From positions 1 to 50,000 of the IMG/VR virus record IMGVR_UViG_3300020045_012733: a stretch of 50,000 nt of DNA, one strand, 5' to 3'. The position numbers and the translations under genes are program-made. The notes under the pieces were generated by a model that worked only from the letters and a program-made list of their open reading frames with translations, was not told where the DNA came from and made no database searches. Below, in pieces: positions 46,838 to 50,000 of the stretch (positions within the stretch are counted from its first letter, which is position 1; every line of letters begins with the position of its first letter). This DNA comes from a virus. Its lineage: Duplodnaviria; Caudoviricetes.

Positions 46838-47142
46838 AATTGTTTGTTTAATTGGTTAAAAATTTCTAATGCCTTTGTGAGTGCTTGTGTTGTGGCTTCG
46901 GTGCGTGTATCAAAACCATCACCACAAGGGTTAATAATGTTAAAACTATTTATTTCATAATTAAAACCATCACAATCTAAATTTGGTAAAACATAAATCC
47001 CAACACTATCAAAAAAACCTATACAAATTGACTGCTGAACAATTAACGGCAAATCATCAAAATTAATATTGCCTAATAAATACTTAATTGTACTACTATC
47101 GTAATACTTTAACACTTCCTCTTTTGTTTTTCCTTGTAACAT
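46834..47142 (-). CDS. Hypothetical phage protein
   Basis: 102-aa ORF. Confidence 0.7.
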   Translation of the reverse strand: MLQGKTKEEVLKYYDSSTIKYLLGNINFDDLPLIVQQSICIGFFDSVGIYVLPNLDCDGFNYEINSFNIINPCGDGFDTRTEATTQALTKALEIFNQLNKQL

Positions 47143-47311
47143 ATCTATAATTGTTTTTTGTTTTTAATTAAAATCCATATCCCAAAAAGAAACGACAAAA
47201 AAGAAAATCCCACATAAAAATTAATTTCGGTATTGCTTTTTGTTTCTGAAATAACTCCCAAAACAAAGCTCAATAAAATAAAAATTATTCCGATTATGTT
47301 TTTTGATTTTT

Positions 47312-47512
47312 TCATTGCGTTTCTTTATTATGTTTTTTCAAATGCCTTCCGTATCCATTAAATTGAGTTCCAATTAATTTATTACAAATCGAACATTTTA
47401 TATATGGATAGCTTGATTCTCTACCTACTGCATATCTACCATCGATTTTTAAAACATAAAATCTTCCGTTTGATTCAAAAAATTCTTTATTATCTTGTTT
47501 AATTATTGACAT
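47312..47512 (-). CDS. C2H2 zinc-finger-like small protein
   Basis: CSIC...HLKKH. Confidence 0.6.
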   Translation of the reverse strand: MSIIKQDNKEFFESNGRFYVLKIDGRYAVGRESSYPYIKCSICNKLIGTQFNGYGRHLKKHNKETQ

Positions 47513-47715
47513 ACTTCTTTTACTTCTAAAGGTAGATAAGATTTAGGAAGAATGTCTTTTATTTCTTCCCAATTAGATATTTTTATTTCTGGATTCCACA
47601 TTCCACATTCAAATCCTAAAAATTCAAAATCTTTAAAATATTTTTTTACAAATGGTTTGAATTCATTTTTAATAAATAAATTCCTTGCATGTGTGTAAAT
47701 TAAAATATGTGCCAT
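47503..47715 (-). CDS. Hypothetical protein
   Basis: 70 aa; first gene behind the operator cluster. Confidence 0.7.
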   Translation of the reverse strand: MAHILIYTHARNLFIKNEFKPFVKKYFKDFEFLGFECGMWNPEIKISNWEEIKDILPKSYLPLEVKEVCQ

Positions 47716-47722
47716 AATGTTT

Positions 47723-47831
47723 TGTTTCTTTAAAGCAACAAATTTATATAAAATATTCTTTGTTTCGACAAAGCAACGTAAAAAATGTTTCTTTTAAGCA
47801 ACGTTTTTATTTTTATTGCTTATTTGAAACA
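47723..47831. promoter_or_regulatory. Four 17-bp operator-like boxes overlapping a promoter
   Basis: Boxes at 47723, 47761, 47786 and inverted at 47815; -7 TAAATTTG at 47739-47746. Confidence 0.7.
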
Positions 47832-47868
47832 AAAAAAGCTAATCATTTCTGAATAGCTTTTATTTTGA

Positions 47869-49404
47869 TTAATCGTTATACTCGGTTGCTCCAATATCCT
47901 CATTGTCATCAAACAAATCAAACCACTCTCGCAAACACATCATATCCATAAAATCAGGACTTTCATTTTGTAAAATCGCTTTCATTTGCTCCTTTGGAAT
48001 AGCTCTCATTTTCTGGTCAGTATCTGGCTTTGCTTTTTTAAATGCCTTTCGTTCAAACAATGCACGTTCTTTTACGGTCATTTTACTATCAAACATCGCA
48101 TTTGCCACGTGTTCTGAAACTTTATATTGATTGTTATTTATTGCTTTTCCACATCTGAAAATCAATTGGTTTTTAAGATTAAAATAGTTTTCTTTTATTG
48201 GGTTTCCTGTCATTTCATCAATTACATAAGCCACGCTACTATTACCATTAAAAGGAACTGCTCCCTCAAAAAAACCATCAACTAACTGACCTATTCCATC
48301 GTTATCAAAAATAAATCTATGGTTAGGAATTCTATGTTTTAAAAGCATTTGATAAATTCCGTTTATTACTTCTTTACCATTTGATTTTTCCATTACTAAA
48401 ATATCAATCAACTCTTTACCATCGAATGCCCCTACAACAAACTTATTACTTCCCTGTCCTGCAATATCGGCTGTTAAGTATTTTCGACCTGTTTTAACAT
48501 CGAATTTGTTGTTAAACATCCCGTTAAATGCTTTGAAGTTGAAAATATCATTTGCAGAAAGTACATGCTTCCAATTCCCATCCATCAAACTCAATCTCGT
48601 TGCTTCATCTTGAGAAAGTAAGTTTGCTAAATACTCTGGATTTACTTTTAAAAGCTCCTTATTATCATATATTGAGCCACTTATAAAAGTCAATGATTTA
48701 ATTAAATTCTCTGGTTTTGTATCTGATTTTGTAACGAGTTCTTCAAGAAAAAACCAACTTTTTTCAATTACTTCTTGGTAAGTTGAACCCCAAATATAAC
48801 CATCTTTGTACTTTATAAAATAACGAATAACTCCATTTCTTTCTGGTATTGGGAATCCTGTATCTTGGTCAATCCACCAGGAAATAAAACTCGCAACCCA
48901 ACTATCTGGATCTGGATTGCACGTTGCTCTAATGTAAGGTTTTATACCGCAATTACTACGATTACGTGAAAGTAAGTAGAAAAACATCTTTTCGCTAAAG
49001 TGTGTCAACTCATCAAACCCAATAAATGGAATTTGAGAACCTTGCCAGTCAAAAATGTTTTTTTCGTATTCTAAATGTGAAAATTTAAGTTTTGATAGTT
49101 CTTCGTTTTTGTGGTTTTTAAAGCTCCATTCAAGTTTTGATTCTCTTGGATAACCTCCAATGTAGGGATACATTTTCATTGATGTATCCCACAGACCACC
49201 TTCTAATCTAATCTGTGGCGATGTTCTACGAAATAAAACTCCTCCAAAATTTGGAACGTCTTTATGTCTTAAAAATTCCATCAATAAAGCAAAAGTTTTT
49301 CCTACTCCTGCAGCAGAACCACCAATAACTATATCTGCAGAACTACTCAAAAAATCTTCTTGAAATCCCTTTTGAGGTCTTATATAATTAATTGTTTCTT
49401 CCAT
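47869..49404 (-). CDS. terL: Terminase large subunit
   Basis: GGSAAGVGKT Walker A, FIGFDE Walker B, ATCNP, nuclease ADIA and SPD motifs. Confidence 0.95.
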   Translation of the reverse strand: MEETINYIRPQKGFQEDFLSSSADIVIGGSAAGVGKTFALLMEFLRHKDVPNFGGVLFRRTSPQIRLEGGLWDTSMKMYPYIGGYPRESKLEWSFKNHKNEELSKLKFSHLEYEKNIFDWQGSQIPFIGFDELTHFSEKMFFYLLSRNRSNCGIKPYIRATCNPDPDSWVASFISWWIDQDTGFPIPERNGVIRYFIKYKDGYIWGSTYQEVIEKSWFFLEELVTKSDTKPENLIKSLTFISGSIYDNKELLKVNPEYLANLLSQDEATRLSLMDGNWKHVLSANDIFNFKAFNGMFNNKFDVKTGRKYLTADIAGQGSNKFVVGAFDGKELIDILVMEKSNGKEVINGIYQMLLKHRIPNHRFIFDNDGIGQLVDGFFEGAVPFNGNSSVAYVIDEMTGNPIKENYFNLKNQLIFRCGKAINNNQYKVSEHVANAMFDSKMTVKERALFERKAFKKAKPDTDQKMRAIPKEQMKAILQNESPDFMDMMCLREWFDLFDDNEDIGATEYND

Positions 49405-49876
49405 TGTCTGGTAATTGATAAACGTGAACTTGTGTAGTTTGATTTGTTGGTAAAACTATCGGTTTATCTTTTTCGTAGTAACCTAGCTTTTTAGCTATTC
49501 GCTCTTGTGCTGCATTGAATCCTGCAACTCCTATAAAATTTAAAACTCTTTGAGCTACTTCAATTTGTTTTTTTGTTGATTTCATATTACTCAAAACCGC
49601 TACGTTTCTATTGTAATTATCTATCATATCGTAGTCAAGTTTTAAACTATCTTGAATCGTATGAATAAACTCTTTTTGGCTTTTTTCCTGTAATTCTGCT
49701 ATGTATTGGGTTACGTTTGGGTTTTGAAACAATATAAAAACTTCTTTACCTATAGAATTGTTAGTCATATTACTTGCATTATACGATTGTCTGTATGCTT
49801 CTTGCTTGTTTCCTAACTCTATATATTTTTCGCAAAACTTTCTTTGCTTTGGCGTTAAATTATTTCCCTTTTTCAT
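49388..49876 (-). CDS. terS: Terminase small subunit (natural start MKKGNN at 49876)
   Basis: LTPKQRKFCEKYI...NKQEAYRQSY HTH pattern; overlaps terL. Confidence 0.88.
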   Translation of the reverse strand: MKKGNNLTPKQRKFCEKYIELGNKQEAYRQSYNASNMTNNSIGKEVFILFQNPNVTQYIAELQEKSQKEFIHTIQDSLKLDYDMIDNYNRNVAVLSNMKSTKKQIEVAQRVLNFIGVAGFNAAQERIAKKLGYYEKDKPIVLPTNQTTQVHVYQLPDNGRNN

Positions 49877-49879
49877 TTT

Positions 49880-50000
49880 AAACCACTCTCGCAAACACAT
49901 CATATCCATAAAATCAGGACTTTCATTTTGTAAAATCGCTTTCATTTGCTCCTTTGGAATAGCTCTCATTTTCTGGTCAGTATCTGGCTTTGCTTTTTTA
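49880..50000. repeat. Exact direct repeat of the terL 3' segment 47920-48040
   Basis: 121 bp identical, running to the window end; offset 1960 bp. Confidence 0.95.

Larger units (their letters stand above)
1..50000 (-). mobile_element. Tailed phage genome (siphovirus-like, probable Bacteroidota host)
   Basis: Terminase, portal, capsid, tape measure, endolysin, SSAP/exonuclease and antirepressor in phage-typical synteny; one coding strand; Bacteroidota-type promoters. Confidence 0.95.

Noticed and set aside
928-48130. Plus-strand ORFs in the track (e.g. 1381-1710, 25778-26101, 40779-41120, 45811-46188)
   Set aside because: Antisense shadows of minus-strand genes with F/S/L-rich composition
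49388-49969. 193-aa ORF as the native terS
   Set aside because: Its first 30 or so residues are the duplicated terL tail; the natural start is 49876
47920-50000. Diversity-generating retroelement TR/VR pair
   Set aside because: Copies are fully identical with no adenine-specific differences, and there is no reverse transcriptase in the window
1-50000. Stop-codon reassignment, tRNA or rRNA genes
   Set aside because: Coding density is high under the standard code, with TAA, TAG and TGA all used as real stops; no tRNA- or rRNA-like sequence seen by eye

Overview
The window is most of the genome of a tailed, siphovirus-like phage. A Bacteroidota (Flavobacteriaceae-like) host is inferred from very low GC, TTTG-N19-22-TAnnTTTG promoters, A-rich leaders without Shine-Dalgarno sites and a DUF3127-like protein. 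Essentially all genes are on the minus strand and no host genes are visible. Reading from the right end, the modules are terS/terL, small accessory genes, portal/scaffold/capsid, tail, lysis, early genes, an SSAP plus exonuclease pair, replication, methyltransferase and antirepressor genes. The main discovery is an integron-like system inside the phage at 12885-18318. It has a tyrosine recombinase lacking the IntI-specific insertion, an attI-like site at 13738, and nine gene cassettes, each closed by a non-canonical attC-like hairpin (TAACA...CGTTA). All cassette ORFs are inverted relative to classical integron geometry, so they follow phage transcription. The cassette ends obey strict rules: a conserved A/C mismatch at position 11 and stop codons at G+13. 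Secondary observations are candidate antisense small RNAs complementary to phage leaders, attenuator-like leaders, a 17-bp operator family, a duplicated 64-bp promoter, a nonsense-interrupted gene and an exact duplication of the terL 3' end at the window edge. Protein calls come from motif recognition and synteny only; no database search was run.
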